From the IMG/VR virus record IMGVR_UViG_3300040771_000130, positions 38,195 through 102,194 of that record: a stretch of 64,000 bases of DNA. One strand, given 5' to 3'. Shown here piece after piece: positions 46,597 to 56,098 of the stretch. Numbering within the stretch: the first letter of the stretch is position 1; every line of letters starts with the position of its first letter. The translations under genes were made by a program, and so were the position numbers. This DNA is from a virus (lineage: Duplodnaviria; Heunggongvirae; Uroviricota; Caudoviricetes; Crassvirales). The notes below the pieces were generated by a model. The model ran no database searches. It saw only the letters and a list, made by a program, of their open reading frames with translations, and was not told the origin of the DNA.

Positions 46597-46888
46597 AATT
46601 CAAGAAAAGAAAGTAAATGATATTATTCACACAATAGGTTTAAATAATAATCTTAGAGATTGTGAAGTAAAAGAAATGGTTGAGTCGCAGTTTAGATTTA
46701 TGTATGAAAGAATAAAAGAAATGAGTCTAGACAATATGACTGAAGAAGAAATTGATAAATGTAAAACAAACTTCTTTTTCAAGTATTTAGGTAAAGTACA
46801 TACTTCTGGAGAAATTGTAGTTAGACATAAAAATAAATTAAATAAAATTAAAGAAGAAAAGAATGAAAGAAAGATTGACGGGATATGA
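46589..46888 (+). CDS. hypothetical protein
   Basis: 99-aa ORF. Confidence 0.45.
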   Translation: MDKIQEKKVNDIIHTIGLNNNLRDCEVKEMVESQFRFMYERIKEMSLDNMTEEEIDKCKTNFFFKYLGKVHTSGEIVVRHKNKLNKIKEEKNERKIDGI

Positions 46889-47243
46889 TGTGTTAGAAAT
46901 TAGTAAAGAATGGGTAGAACAACCAATGTTTAATAAAGTAATTATTACTTTAAATGTTGAATTAAGTTTAGATAGTTTAGACTTATCTGAAAGTGCAATG
47001 GATAAATTCCAATACATTATAGCTAAAGGACCAAATTGTCATAACATTGAAGTAGGAGATAAGGTTAGAATTGACCTTGATAAAATGGCTGAAAAAATTA
47101 TTAATCCTAATAATCAACACGAACAACTAACTTCTATAAAATTAGATCCTATTGAATTTGATGGTAAAGTATTTGCAATTATTGAAGATAGATTAATTAA
47201 AACTAGATTTAAAAACTCTAAAGATTTACAAACAAACGAATAA
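46863..47243 (+). CDS. hypothetical protein
   Basis: 126-aa ORF. Confidence 0.45.
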   Translation: MKERLTGYDVLEISKEWVEQPMFNKVIITLNVELSLDSLDLSESAMDKFQYIIAKGPNCHNIEVGDKVRIDLDKMAEKIINPNNQHEQLTSIKLDPIEFDGKVFAIIEDRLIKTRFKNSKDLQTNE

Positions 47244-47245
47244 AC

Positions 47246-47422
47246 ATGGAAACAAAACAATCATTACAAGTTATTGAACAAGCATTAAACATTGCAAACA
47301 GTAAAGGTGTATTTAAATTAGAAGAGTCTGCTACAGTATTTGCAGCTTACTCAACATTAAAACAATTTATAGAAACACCTACACTAGAAGATGTAAAAGA
47401 CGCTGTTGTTAAAAAAAAATAA
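47246..47422 (+). CDS. small hypothetical protein (58 aa)
   Basis: Frame METKQSLQVIEQALNIANSKGVFKLEESATVFAAYSTLKQFIETPTLEDVKDAVVKKK, followed 7 nt later by a terminator hairpin. Confidence 0.35.
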   Translation: METKQSLQVIEQALNIANSKGVFKLEESATVFAAYSTLKQFIETPTLEDVKDAVVKKK

Positions 47423-47428
47423 ATTATT

Positions 47429-47460
47429 AAACCCGACATGAGAAATCTAGTCGGGTTTTC
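47429..47460 (+). terminator. intrinsic terminator
   Basis: AAACCCGAC-(12 nt)-GTCGGGTTT, a 9-bp stem, then a short TTTTC tract; it ends the run of small early-type genes. Confidence 0.5.
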
Positions 47461-47484
47461 TAGGTATAAAACAAAACGTAAAAT

Positions 47485-48051
47485 ATGAATGGATTTTTAT
47501 TAAAAGATGGAATATTAACCGTAGAAGACCAGCTATGGGGATTGTTATCATTTAAAAAAATATTAAAACGAGATAAAAGTCGTAATAAAGATTTAGCATT
47601 AAAAGAAATGTTATTTGTATATTATTATGCAGATATTAAATCTAATTATTTAATTATATCAGATTTAAAAGATAGAATAAAAGAAATTAAACATGATGTA
47701 GATTTACCAGAAGATTGGAAATTAGATGATGTAATACAAGAAGCTATTGAATTTTATGAGAAAAGAAGTCTAACTGTAATAGGTAAACTTTATAAAGATG
47801 CACTAACTTCTGTTCATGAAATGAGTGAATATCTTAGAAGTACTAAAAAGCTATTAGAAGAAAGAAGTAATAACGGTGGTACAGTAACTACATTACCAAT
47901 GATTACATCAGCTCAAGAAAAACTACCTAAGATTATGCAAAACTTAAAAATTGCTGAAAAAGAAGTATTAAAAGAAAGAGTTGAAATGGAAGGTAAAATG
48001 AAAGGTAAACAAGCGATGGGTCTTTTTGAAGCTGGAATTGAATTTGAATAA
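47485..48051 (+). CDS. hypothetical protein
   Basis: 188 aa, coiled-coil/charged C-terminus, first gene after the terminator. Confidence 0.5.
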   Translation: MNGFLLKDGILTVEDQLWGLLSFKKILKRDKSRNKDLALKEMLFVYYYADIKSNYLIISDLKDRIKEIKHDVDLPEDWKLDDVIQEAIEFYEKRSLTVIGKLYKDALTSVHEMSEYLRSTKKLLEERSNNGGTVTTLPMITSAQEKLPKIMQNLKIAEKEVLKERVEMEGKMKGKQAMGLFEAGIEFE

Positions 48052-48614
48052 TGAGAAAAACAAATAATAAAATTGTGTATAGACACATAAGATTAGATAC
48101 AAATAAAGTATTTTATATTGGAATGGGTTCTTTAAAAAGAGCTTACACTAAAGATTCTTCTAAAAGAAATATAATTTGGAATAGAATTGTAAATAAAACT
48201 AAATATAATGTTGAAATACTTGCACAAAATTTATCTTGGGAAAATGCTTGCGAATTAGAAGAATTTTTAATATCTTTATATGGAAGAATTGATTTAAAAA
48301 CTGGAACATTGTGTAATTTAACAAATGGTGGTGATGGTTCAAAAGGTTGTACTCCTTCAAAAGAAACTAAAAATAAAATTAGTAATTTTCATAAAAATAA
48401 AATTGTATCTAAAGAAAGTAGAAATAAAATGAAAAAAGCAAAAGAAGGTAAATTTTTATTATCAAATAATCCAAATTCTAAAAAAATTATAAATCTAAAA
48501 ACTGGTGAAATATTTAATACTGCTAAAGAAGCTGCATTAAGTATTAACAAAATATATGGTTCATTTACTTGGGCGTTAAGAAATACAAAAAAATTTAATT
48601 TTAGATATTTATAA
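48051..48614 (+). CDS. GIY-YIG homing endonuclease with NUMOD3-like repeats
   Basis: 'KIVYRHIRLDTNKVFYIGMGSLKRAYTKD' (GIY...YIG...R) plus repeats 'SKETKNKISNFHKNK' and 'SKESRNKMKKAKEG'. ATGA-coupled to the upstream gene. Confidence 0.65.
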   Translation: MRKTNNKIVYRHIRLDTNKVFYIGMGSLKRAYTKDSSKRNIIWNRIVNKTKYNVEILAQNLSWENACELEEFLISLYGRIDLKTGTLCNLTNGGDGSKGCTPSKETKNKISNFHKNKIVSKESRNKMKKAKEGKFLLSNNPNSKKIINLKTGEIFNTAKEAALSINKIYGSFTWALRNTKKFNFRYL

Positions 48615-48616
48615 TT

Positions 48617-50098
48617 ATGAAAGAAATACATTTTGGAATAGACGCTAAAGATTTAATTATTGAAGGTATAAACGAATTAAATAAAGCTGTGTCAGCTACT
48701 ATGGGTCCAATGGGAAAAACAGTAATCATACCTAATAAAAATAAGTATGGTGAATACATTGTAACTAAAGACGGTATATCAGTAGCAGAACAAATTAGAT
48801 TTAAAAATCCATTAAAAAATATAGGTGCTGAACTTATTAAACAAGCTGCTAAAAAAACAGTAGAAGATGCTGGAGACGGTACTACTACATCAACTGTATT
48901 AGCTACAGCATTTGTTAATAATCTAAAAGATTTTAATACTGTAGATATTAACAAAGCTTTTGATGAAATCATACCTAAAGTTATAGAACAACTAAAACTA
49001 AATTCAAGACAATTAAAACATGAAGACATTAAATACGTTGCTAGCATATCTGCTAATAACGATTTACAAATTGGTGATATTATTCAACAGGCTTATAACC
49101 ATTCTGATATAGTTAAAATTGAAGAAAGTACTAATATTACAGATGTATTAGAAACACTTCCAGGAATGTTAATTCCAGTAAGTTACTTTTCTAAACATTT
49201 TATTACAAACCAATCTAAAGGTGTTTGTGAATTTGAAAATGTTAATACTTTAATTATTGACGGTAAACTTGAAAAGTTAGAAAACTTTAGAGCATGTTTA
49301 GAAGTAACACAAGATCTATCTAAATCTTTATTAATAATTGCTGAAGATATTCATGAACAAGCTCTTAGAAAGCTGGAAAGTCTTGTATTGACTAACGGGT
49401 TTAAAATATGTGTTATTAAAGCTCCTGGGTTCTCTAAACATCGTAAAGAATTATTAGATGATTTATGTGACTTTACTAATAGTACACTAATTAAAGATTT
49501 ATCTAAATCTTATGATACAACTGTTCTTGGTAAATTACAATCTTGTAAAATATCTAAAAACAATAGTGTATTAGTTAAAGATGAATCTATTGACATCTCT
49601 AAAAAGATAGAAAGTTTAAATAGCTTTTATACTAATATCGATTTAGAAGAGTATGATAAAGATTTACTTAAACAAAGAATAGAATATCTTAAAGGTAAAA
49701 TATCTATTATTAAAGTTGGTGGTAAATCTGAATTAGAAGTAAAAGAACGATACGATAGATATGACGATGCTGTTAAAGCTGTGGCTTGTGCATTAGAAGA
49801 AGGAATTGTTGAAGGTGCAGGTGTGGCTTTATCTAAAATTGAAAATAAATTTAGACAAATGTATGGGTCTAAAGGTGTATATGATGAAATTTTAAAATCA
49901 TTAAATGCACCATATGATAAAATTACTGAAACTACAATTGTAATAAAATTTTATTCTGAATCAATGAGTATGTTTAATCAAAATATCATAGACCCTCTCA
50001 AAGTAACTAGATGTGCATTAGAAAATGCAGTGTCTGTTGCTAAAATTATACTAAGCACTGAAGCTGTGGTATTAAATCAAGAAGAATGGATGAAATAA
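48617..50098 (+). CDS. GroEL-like (Hsp60/Cpn60 family) chaperonin, short form
   Basis: 'AVSATMGPMGKTVII' (GroEL 'VKVTLGPKGRNVVL'), 'TKDGISVAEQI' (TKDGVSVAREI) and ATP-site 'GDGTTTSTVLATAF' (GDGTTTATVLAQA) in order. At 493 aa it has no Gly-Gly-Met tail. Confidence 0.7.
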   Translation: MKEIHFGIDAKDLIIEGINELNKAVSATMGPMGKTVIIPNKNKYGEYIVTKDGISVAEQIRFKNPLKNIGAELIKQAAKKTVEDAGDGTTTSTVLATAFVNNLKDFNTVDINKAFDEIIPKVIEQLKLNSRQLKHEDIKYVASISANNDLQIGDIIQQAYNHSDIVKIEESTNITDVLETLPGMLIPVSYFSKHFITNQSKGVCEFENVNTLIIDGKLEKLENFRACLEVTQDLSKSLLIIAEDIHEQALRKLESLVLTNGFKICVIKAPGFSKHRKELLDDLCDFTNSTLIKDLSKSYDTTVLGKLQSCKISKNNSVLVKDESIDISKKIESLNSFYTNIDLEEYDKDLLKQRIEYLKGKISIIKVGGKSELEVKERYDRYDDAVKAVACALEEGIVEGAGVALSKIENKFRQMYGSKGVYDEILKSLNAPYDKITETTIVIKFYSESMSMFNQNIIDPLKVTRCALENAVSVAKIILSTEAVVLNQEEWMK

Positions 50099-52359
50099 GT
50101 AATCTTTATAAAATGAATTCTTATCAAACACCATTGACTGAAGATATTAAAAATTCAGTTCCTCGTGAAATTTGGTTAGAATTAATAGACTTTTTATCTT
50201 CTGTAGAATTTATTAAACGATTAGTAGCTACAGAAGATATTCGAGGCTATGCTAAAGAAAAACCTAGAGAAACTAAATTTTATAATGATGGTAGAGTTGA
50301 TGTAGATTTAACTAATCCTCATATCTTAGAAGATATGGATTATTTTAGAGAGCGAGCTTTATTTTATGAAAAACATGGTAAGTATACCCATCTTACACCT
50401 AATCCAAATCCTAAATCAGAATATGGTTTATTTTGGAAAGAAGAACTACGTAGATGGAAATATGGTTTAGTTAGACCTAGTGATGGTGAATGGATTCCAG
50501 GACAATTATATTTCTATTGGAATTATTCACCAATTTGGTTAGTTGAAGTTGTTAAGACTGAAAATACAGGTAGAAAACAAAAAGGTGAACGTGTACGTAA
50601 ATTTGCTAAACCTTGGTTAGGTGATTATCTATTTTATCACTACATGCAACAAGCTAGAGATGGTGGTACACATGGTAAACTGTTAAAAACTCGTGGAGTT
50701 GGATTTAGTTTTAAAATGGGTGCAATATCACCATGCAACATGTTTGTGTATCCTGGATCAGGAAATCCTAATTTTCATTTAGCATCTGAGAAAACTTTCC
50801 TTGCTGGTGATAAAGGTATATGGGGTAAAGTTGTAGATACATTAGATTGGATTGCAGAATCTACACCGTTACCTAGAATGAGAACTGTAGATAGAGCTGG
50901 TAGTACATTAGAAATACAATTAGGTTTTAAAGATGAATACGGTGTACGTAAGGGATTATTATCTTCAGTTCATGGTATATCATTAAAAGATAATCCTGAT
51001 AAAGCTAGGGGTATACGTGGACCTCTAATTCATTATGAAGAAGACGGTTTGTTTCCAAATCTTGAAAAAGCTTGGAACGTAAACTTAAAAGCAGTAGAAG
51101 ATGGTGATGTAGGTTTTGGATTTATGTTGGCAGGTGGAACTGGTGGAGTTGAAGGTGGATCTTTTGAAGGTTCTGAAAAGTTATTTTACAATCCTTCAGC
51201 TTATGAAATTTATGGGGTTAAAAATGTATTTGATAAAAACTCTAATGGAGATACACTTTGTGGATTCTTTTGGGGTGGTTATTTAAATAGAAATGGTTGT
51301 TACGATGAAGAATGTGGTGAACCAGATATTATTAAAGCTTTACTACAGATTCTAACAAATAGATATAAAATTAAATATAACTCTCAAGATCCAAACGCTA
51401 TTACACAAAAGAAAGCTGAGGAACCTATCACCCCACAAGAAGCTATTATGCGTACTGAAGGAACAGTGTTTCCTGTATCAGATCTTAAAGATTATTTAGA
51501 ATCTGTAATGGTTAGAAAAGAATCTTTTTTAGCAGAACATTATGTTGGAGAATTAGTTAGAGGTAGTGATGGTAAGCTTAAATGGAGATTAAATAATGAT
51601 AAATTTCCATTACGAAGTTATGATAAAGATACAGCTAATCGTGAAGGATGTTTAGAAATATTTGAAATGCCTTCAGAAAACGCAAATGGTGAAATAGCTC
51701 ACGGTAGATACATTGCTGGAATTGACCCTATTGATGCAGATTCTGGAACATCTCTATTTTCTATACAAGTAATGGATTTATTTACAGATAGAATTGTAGC
51801 AGAGTTTTCAGGAAGACCTAGATTGGCTGAAGAAGCATATGAAATATCATTACGATTATTAGAGTTTTATAATGCAGTAGCTAATTATGAAAAAAACTTA
51901 AAAGGTTTATTTAGTTACTTTGATAAAAAGAATGCATTGTTTAGACTATGTGATACACCTCAAATTCTTAAAGACATGCAAATGACTAAAGATATGGGAT
52001 ATGGTAATACGTCTAAAGGTACACAAGCTAATGCTGAAGTAAATAAATGGGGTAGAAAATTACAAGCTGATTGGATGAATACACCTGTAGAAGATGAAGA
52101 AAATCCTGGTAAATTAAAACTACATACATTACGAGGTTTAGCATATATTGAAGAATGTATTAAATGGAATTCGGATGGTAACTTTGATAGAGTGTCTGCA
52201 GGTGGTATGTTATTTATACTTCGAGAAGATAGATATAAACGTACTCAATCTGCAATAGCTAGTAAAGATAAACAAATTGAAACTTTAGCAAATGATAAAT
52301 TTTTTAATAGAAATTTTAATCAACCAAACGCTATGAACAAAACTCAAATACACTATTAA
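50086..52359 (+). CDS. terL: terminase large subunit
   Basis: Lambda-gpA-type P-loop 'KTRGVGFS' (KSARVGYS). C-terminal RNase-H-like nuclease motif 'HGRYIAGIDPIDADSGTSLFSIQVMD'. Position immediately upstream of portal-sized and scaffold-like genes. Confidence 0.6.
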   Translation: MDEISNLYKMNSYQTPLTEDIKNSVPREIWLELIDFLSSVEFIKRLVATEDIRGYAKEKPRETKFYNDGRVDVDLTNPHILEDMDYFRERALFYEKHGKYTHLTPNPNPKSEYGLFWKEELRRWKYGLVRPSDGEWIPGQLYFYWNYSPIWLVEVVKTENTGRKQKGERVRKFAKPWLGDYLFYHYMQQARDGGTHGKLLKTRGVGFSFKMGAISPCNMFVYPGSGNPNFHLASEKTFLAGDKGIWGKVVDTLDWIAESTPLPRMRTVDRAGSTLEIQLGFKDEYGVRKGLLSSVHGISLKDNPDKARGIRGPLIHYEEDGLFPNLEKAWNVNLKAVEDGDVGFGFMLAGGTGGVEGGSFEGSEKLFYNPSAYEIYGVKNVFDKNSNGDTLCGFFWGGYLNRNGCYDEECGEPDIIKALLQILTNRYKIKYNSQDPNAITQKKAEEPITPQEAIMRTEGTVFPVSDLKDYLESVMVRKESFLAEHYVGELVRGSDGKLKWRLNNDKFPLRSYDKDTANREGCLEIFEMPSENANGEIAHGRYIAGIDPIDADSGTSLFSIQVMDLFTDRIVAEFSGRPRLAEEAYEISLRLLEFYNAVANYEKNLKGLFSYFDKKNALFRLCDTPQILKDMQMTKDMGYGNTSKGTQANAEVNKWGRKLQADWMNTPVEDEENPGKLKLHTLRGLAYIEECIKWNSDGNFDRVSAGGMLFILREDRYKRTQSAIASKDKQIETLANDKFFNRNFNQPNAMNKTQIHY

Positions 52360-52427
52360 TATGTTAAAATTTATTTTGAATTTAATATAAAATGTTGTAT
52401 ATTGTAAAGTTAAATAAATTTAGATAA

Positions 52428-54827
52428 ATGGAAGGACGTAATTTAAGAATGCAACAGCCTCGTCAAAGGCTACCATATAGTAAAAAAAATAAAGAATGGC
52501 GTAAGGACAATCTTGACTTTTCAGATAAATATTCTTTTTATCACGATGATAGTGTAAGACGTAGTTTTAAAAATAAAGTTATTAATTATAATCTTTATAA
52601 TGGAATTTTAGATATGCAAGATTTAACAGAAGTTATTAATCCGCATCATTTAGAAGCTAGCTACGTACCTCAACAAATTCCACATATTCCTATTATTGTA
52701 CCTAAGATTGATTTATTAGTTGGTGAAGAAATTAAACGTAGATTTGATTGGTCTGTTATAGTTACTAATCCTGATGCAATCACCAAGAAAGAAGAAGATA
52801 AGAAAAAGTTTCTTTTTGAAAAGCTTGGTAAGATGTTAGAAGAAAATTATCAGGAAGATGAATTAAAGCAAAAAATGGAAGAGCTTGGTAAGTACATGAA
52901 ATATACTTGGCAAGACTTGCGTGAAAAAATGGCTAATCAAATTCTTAAACATTACTGGCAAGAATTAAATTTTGCACAAAAGTTTACGGAAGGCTTTAAA
53001 GATGCGTTACTTGTTGCAGAAGAAATATATCTTGTAGATATATCACATGGTGAACCTATTTTTGAAAAGCTAAATCCATTAAAAGTTCATGCTGTTAAAA
53101 CGGGTAACTCAAATAGATTTGAAGATGCTGACATGATTATCATGGAAGATCATAAATCTCCAAATCAATTAGTAGATGAATATTATGATGAATTAAAACC
53201 TGACGAAATAGATTATTTATTAGAATATTCTACACGTTCAAGTAAAGGTACGTATTCTGAAGATCACGACAATCATGTATTATTTAGAGATAGAACAGAT
53301 TCTGCAGGATTATTTGAAAGTATGTCACAAGTTGCAGAACTTAACGGACATTATTTTAATAATAATTACACTGATGAAAATGGTAATATTAGAGAATTAA
53401 AAGTTCGTTGGAAATCTTTAAGAAGAATAAAACGAGTAAAGTTTTATGATGAATATGGTGAAGAACAATTTAGGTTTGAATCTGAAGAATATAAAATAGA
53501 TAAAGTTTTTGGTGAAGAATCTGTTGACTTTTGGGTATCTGAAGGTTGGGAAGGTGTTAAACTAGGTAAAGATATTTATCTTAAGATGCGACCTTTACAA
53601 GTTCAATATGTAAAAGCTAACAACCCATCAAGAGGTCATTTAGGTATTATTGGTCAAATATACAATACAAATCAAGGTAAAGCTGTATCTTTAGTAGACA
53701 GAGCTAAAAACTTTCAGTATATGTATGATGCAATGTTTGATAGACTTAATAAAGCTATATCTACAAATTATGGTAAAATACTAGAACTTGATTTAGCAAA
53801 AGTACCAGCTAACTGGGAAATTGAAAAATGGATGCATTTTGCAGTAGTAAATAAGATTGCTGTAGTAGATTCATTTAAAGAAGGTCAACATGGTCAATCT
53901 ACAGGTAAACTAGCAGGTAATATGAATACTGTTGGTGGTAGAGCTATTGATATGGAAACAGGTGCTTACATCCAACAACACATTCAACTATTAGAATTTA
54001 TTAAAATGGAAATGGGTGAACTTTGTGGTGTTTCAAGACAGCGTGAAGGACAAATTTCAAATAGAGAAACTGTAGGTGGTGTAGAGCGTTCTGTTAATCA
54101 ATCTAGTCATATTACTGAATATTGGTACATGATGCATGAATCTGTTAAAATTAGAGTGTTAGAAGCATTTTTAGAAACAGCCAAAATAGCATTAAAAGAT
54201 GTTGAAAATAAAAAAGTTCAATATATTTTAGATGACCAAACTATTGAAGTTTTAAATATGGAAGGTGAAACATTTGCTGAATCTGATTATGGATTATTAG
54301 TATCTAGTACACCTAAAATAATGGAATTAGAACAAGCCATTAAACAATATGCTCAAGCATTTATTCAGAATGGTGGTTCAATGACTACGATTATGGATAT
54401 CTACTTTAGCCCATCATTAATGGACATGAGACGTAAGTTAGAAATGGCTGAAGAGCAAATGCAACAAAACCAATCTCAACAAGCACAAGAAGCTAATAAA
54501 ACTCAGCAAGAAGCTAATGCAGCAATGGTTGAATTAGAAAATAGAAAGCTTGAACTTGAAGATTTAAAAAATCAAAGAGATAATGATACTAAACGTTATA
54601 TTGCTGAATTAGGTAATGACGTTGACAAAGATGGTATTGTAGATAATGATGGTATTTCAGACCCTTTAGAATCTGATAAGTTTGCGTTAGATGTAGAATC
54701 TAAACGAAGCGAGTATCTTTTAAAAATTAAAGCATTAGAAAACGATATGGTAAAACATAATGATAATGTAGAATTAAAAAAAGAATCTAATCAAATTTCT
54801 AAAATTAAGAAAAAATCAACTACATAA
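52428..54827 (+). CDS. putative portal protein
   Basis: 799 aa, directly downstream of terL, with a Gln/Glu-rich coiled-coil C-terminal tail. Assignment is by position and size. Confidence 0.45.
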   Translation: MEGRNLRMQQPRQRLPYSKKNKEWRKDNLDFSDKYSFYHDDSVRRSFKNKVINYNLYNGILDMQDLTEVINPHHLEASYVPQQIPHIPIIVPKIDLLVGEEIKRRFDWSVIVTNPDAITKKEEDKKKFLFEKLGKMLEENYQEDELKQKMEELGKYMKYTWQDLREKMANQILKHYWQELNFAQKFTEGFKDALLVAEEIYLVDISHGEPIFEKLNPLKVHAVKTGNSNRFEDADMIIMEDHKSPNQLVDEYYDELKPDEIDYLLEYSTRSSKGTYSEDHDNHVLFRDRTDSAGLFESMSQVAELNGHYFNNNYTDENGNIRELKVRWKSLRRIKRVKFYDEYGEEQFRFESEEYKIDKVFGEESVDFWVSEGWEGVKLGKDIYLKMRPLQVQYVKANNPSRGHLGIIGQIYNTNQGKAVSLVDRAKNFQYMYDAMFDRLNKAISTNYGKILELDLAKVPANWEIEKWMHFAVVNKIAVVDSFKEGQHGQSTGKLAGNMNTVGGRAIDMETGAYIQQHIQLLEFIKMEMGELCGVSRQREGQISNRETVGGVERSVNQSSHITEYWYMMHESVKIRVLEAFLETAKIALKDVENKKVQYILDDQTIEVLNMEGETFAESDYGLLVSSTPKIMELEQAIKQYAQAFIQNGGSMTTIMDIYFSPSLMDMRRKLEMAEEQMQQNQSQQAQEANKTQQEANAAMVELENRKLELEDLKNQRDNDTKRYIAELGNDVDKDGIVDNDGISDPLESDKFALDVESKRSEYLLKIKALENDMVKHNDNVELKKESNQISKIKKKSTT

Positions 54828-54942
54828 AAGCTATGGGTGGAATTTAAACAACTAATAATTTTACAGTTATTAGTTGTTTTCATCTATAAAAAAGACTATC
54901 TTTGCACACTTACAATAAAACACTAACACAATACACAATCGA

Positions 54943-56025
54943 ATGGAAGACGATAATGAATTAGGTATGGGTTTATTTGATGGAAATCAAGAATTAAATT
55001 TTAATTTTGCATTACCAGAAGATACTTATACAGACGAAGAAGAAATTGATAATGATATAGATGTAGAAGATACTACATTAAATGATAATGACCACGTTGA
55101 GGACGATAGTTCAGAGGAAGTAGACGAGGAAGATGTTGAAGATGAAGGTGGTGATGGTGATGAGTCTTCTTCCAACTTATATTCTTCTTTAGCCGCTTTT
55201 GTTCACGAACAAGGTTTGCTACCTTCTCTAGACATCGATTTAAAAGATATTAAATCTGCTGATGATTTTGCTGAAGTATTTAATAAAGAATTAAATATTC
55301 AAGCAGAATTAAGATTAAATGATTATTTAGCAAATTTAGATTTAGAAAAAATTGGAACTGCCAAAAAAGAAATTAATGATTTAAATACTATTGATTCTGC
55401 AACATTGCAAGAAGACATTGATTTAGCTAAACGTATTATTTATAACGATTATATTAATCAAGGTTTAGATGAAAAAAAGGCAACTAGAATGTTAAATCGT
55501 TTAATCGATTTAGGTGAAGATGCAATTTTAGAAGATGCTGAAGAATCATTACAAAGTTTAAAAGAATTTAAAAATCGTGAAATTGAAAGAGAAACTCAAT
55601 CTTATAAAGAACGATTAGAAACTGAGAAAGCCGAACAATTAAAATTAGATGAACAAATGAAAAAAACCATTTATGAATCTAAAAATTTAATTAATGGTTT
55701 AAATGCCAATAAAGCTTTACAAGATAAAGTTTATAAATCAATTAATGATATTGTTGGTAAATCTCCAGACGGTGTTTTTGAAAACAAGTTTATGAAAGAG
55801 CGTAGAGAAAATCCTTTAGAATTTGAAATTAGAATGTATCACTTTTATGAACTTACTAATGGTTTTAAAGACTTTGCTAAACTATCAACAAATGCTAAAT
55901 CAAGTGCTGTAAAAGATTTAGAACAAATTGCACGTAAAACAAAATTAAAAGATAACGGTGTTCCATTATGGGCACAAGATAGTAATACATATAGTAACAC
56001 TGTTGGACACGTATTAAATCTATAA
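54943..56025 (+). CDS. putative scaffolding protein
   Basis: 360 aa. N-terminal third is extremely acidic ('DEEEIDNDIDVED...EEVDEEDVEDEGGDGDE'), the rest is coiled-coil-like; it sits between the portal and capsid candidates. Confidence 0.45.
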   Translation: MEDDNELGMGLFDGNQELNFNFALPEDTYTDEEEIDNDIDVEDTTLNDNDHVEDDSSEEVDEEDVEDEGGDGDESSSNLYSSLAAFVHEQGLLPSLDIDLKDIKSADDFAEVFNKELNIQAELRLNDYLANLDLEKIGTAKKEINDLNTIDSATLQEDIDLAKRIIYNDYINQGLDEKKATRMLNRLIDLGEDAILEDAEESLQSLKEFKNREIERETQSYKERLETEKAEQLKLDEQMKKTIYESKNLINGLNANKALQDKVYKSINDIVGKSPDGVFENKFMKERRENPLEFEIRMYHFYELTNGFKDFAKLSTNAKSSAVKDLEQIARKTKLKDNGVPLWAQDSNTYSNTVGHVLNL

Positions 56026-56098
56026 TAAAACTGGATATTTAAAAGTTACGTTAAATATCTGCAATTAACAAGTAACTATAAAAAACAAATAAATAAAT

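Noticed and set aside
48389-49047. Minus-strand ORFs 48389..48631 and 48601..49047
   Set aside because: Antisense to the GIY-YIG and GroEL-like genes, both of which carry strong family motifs.
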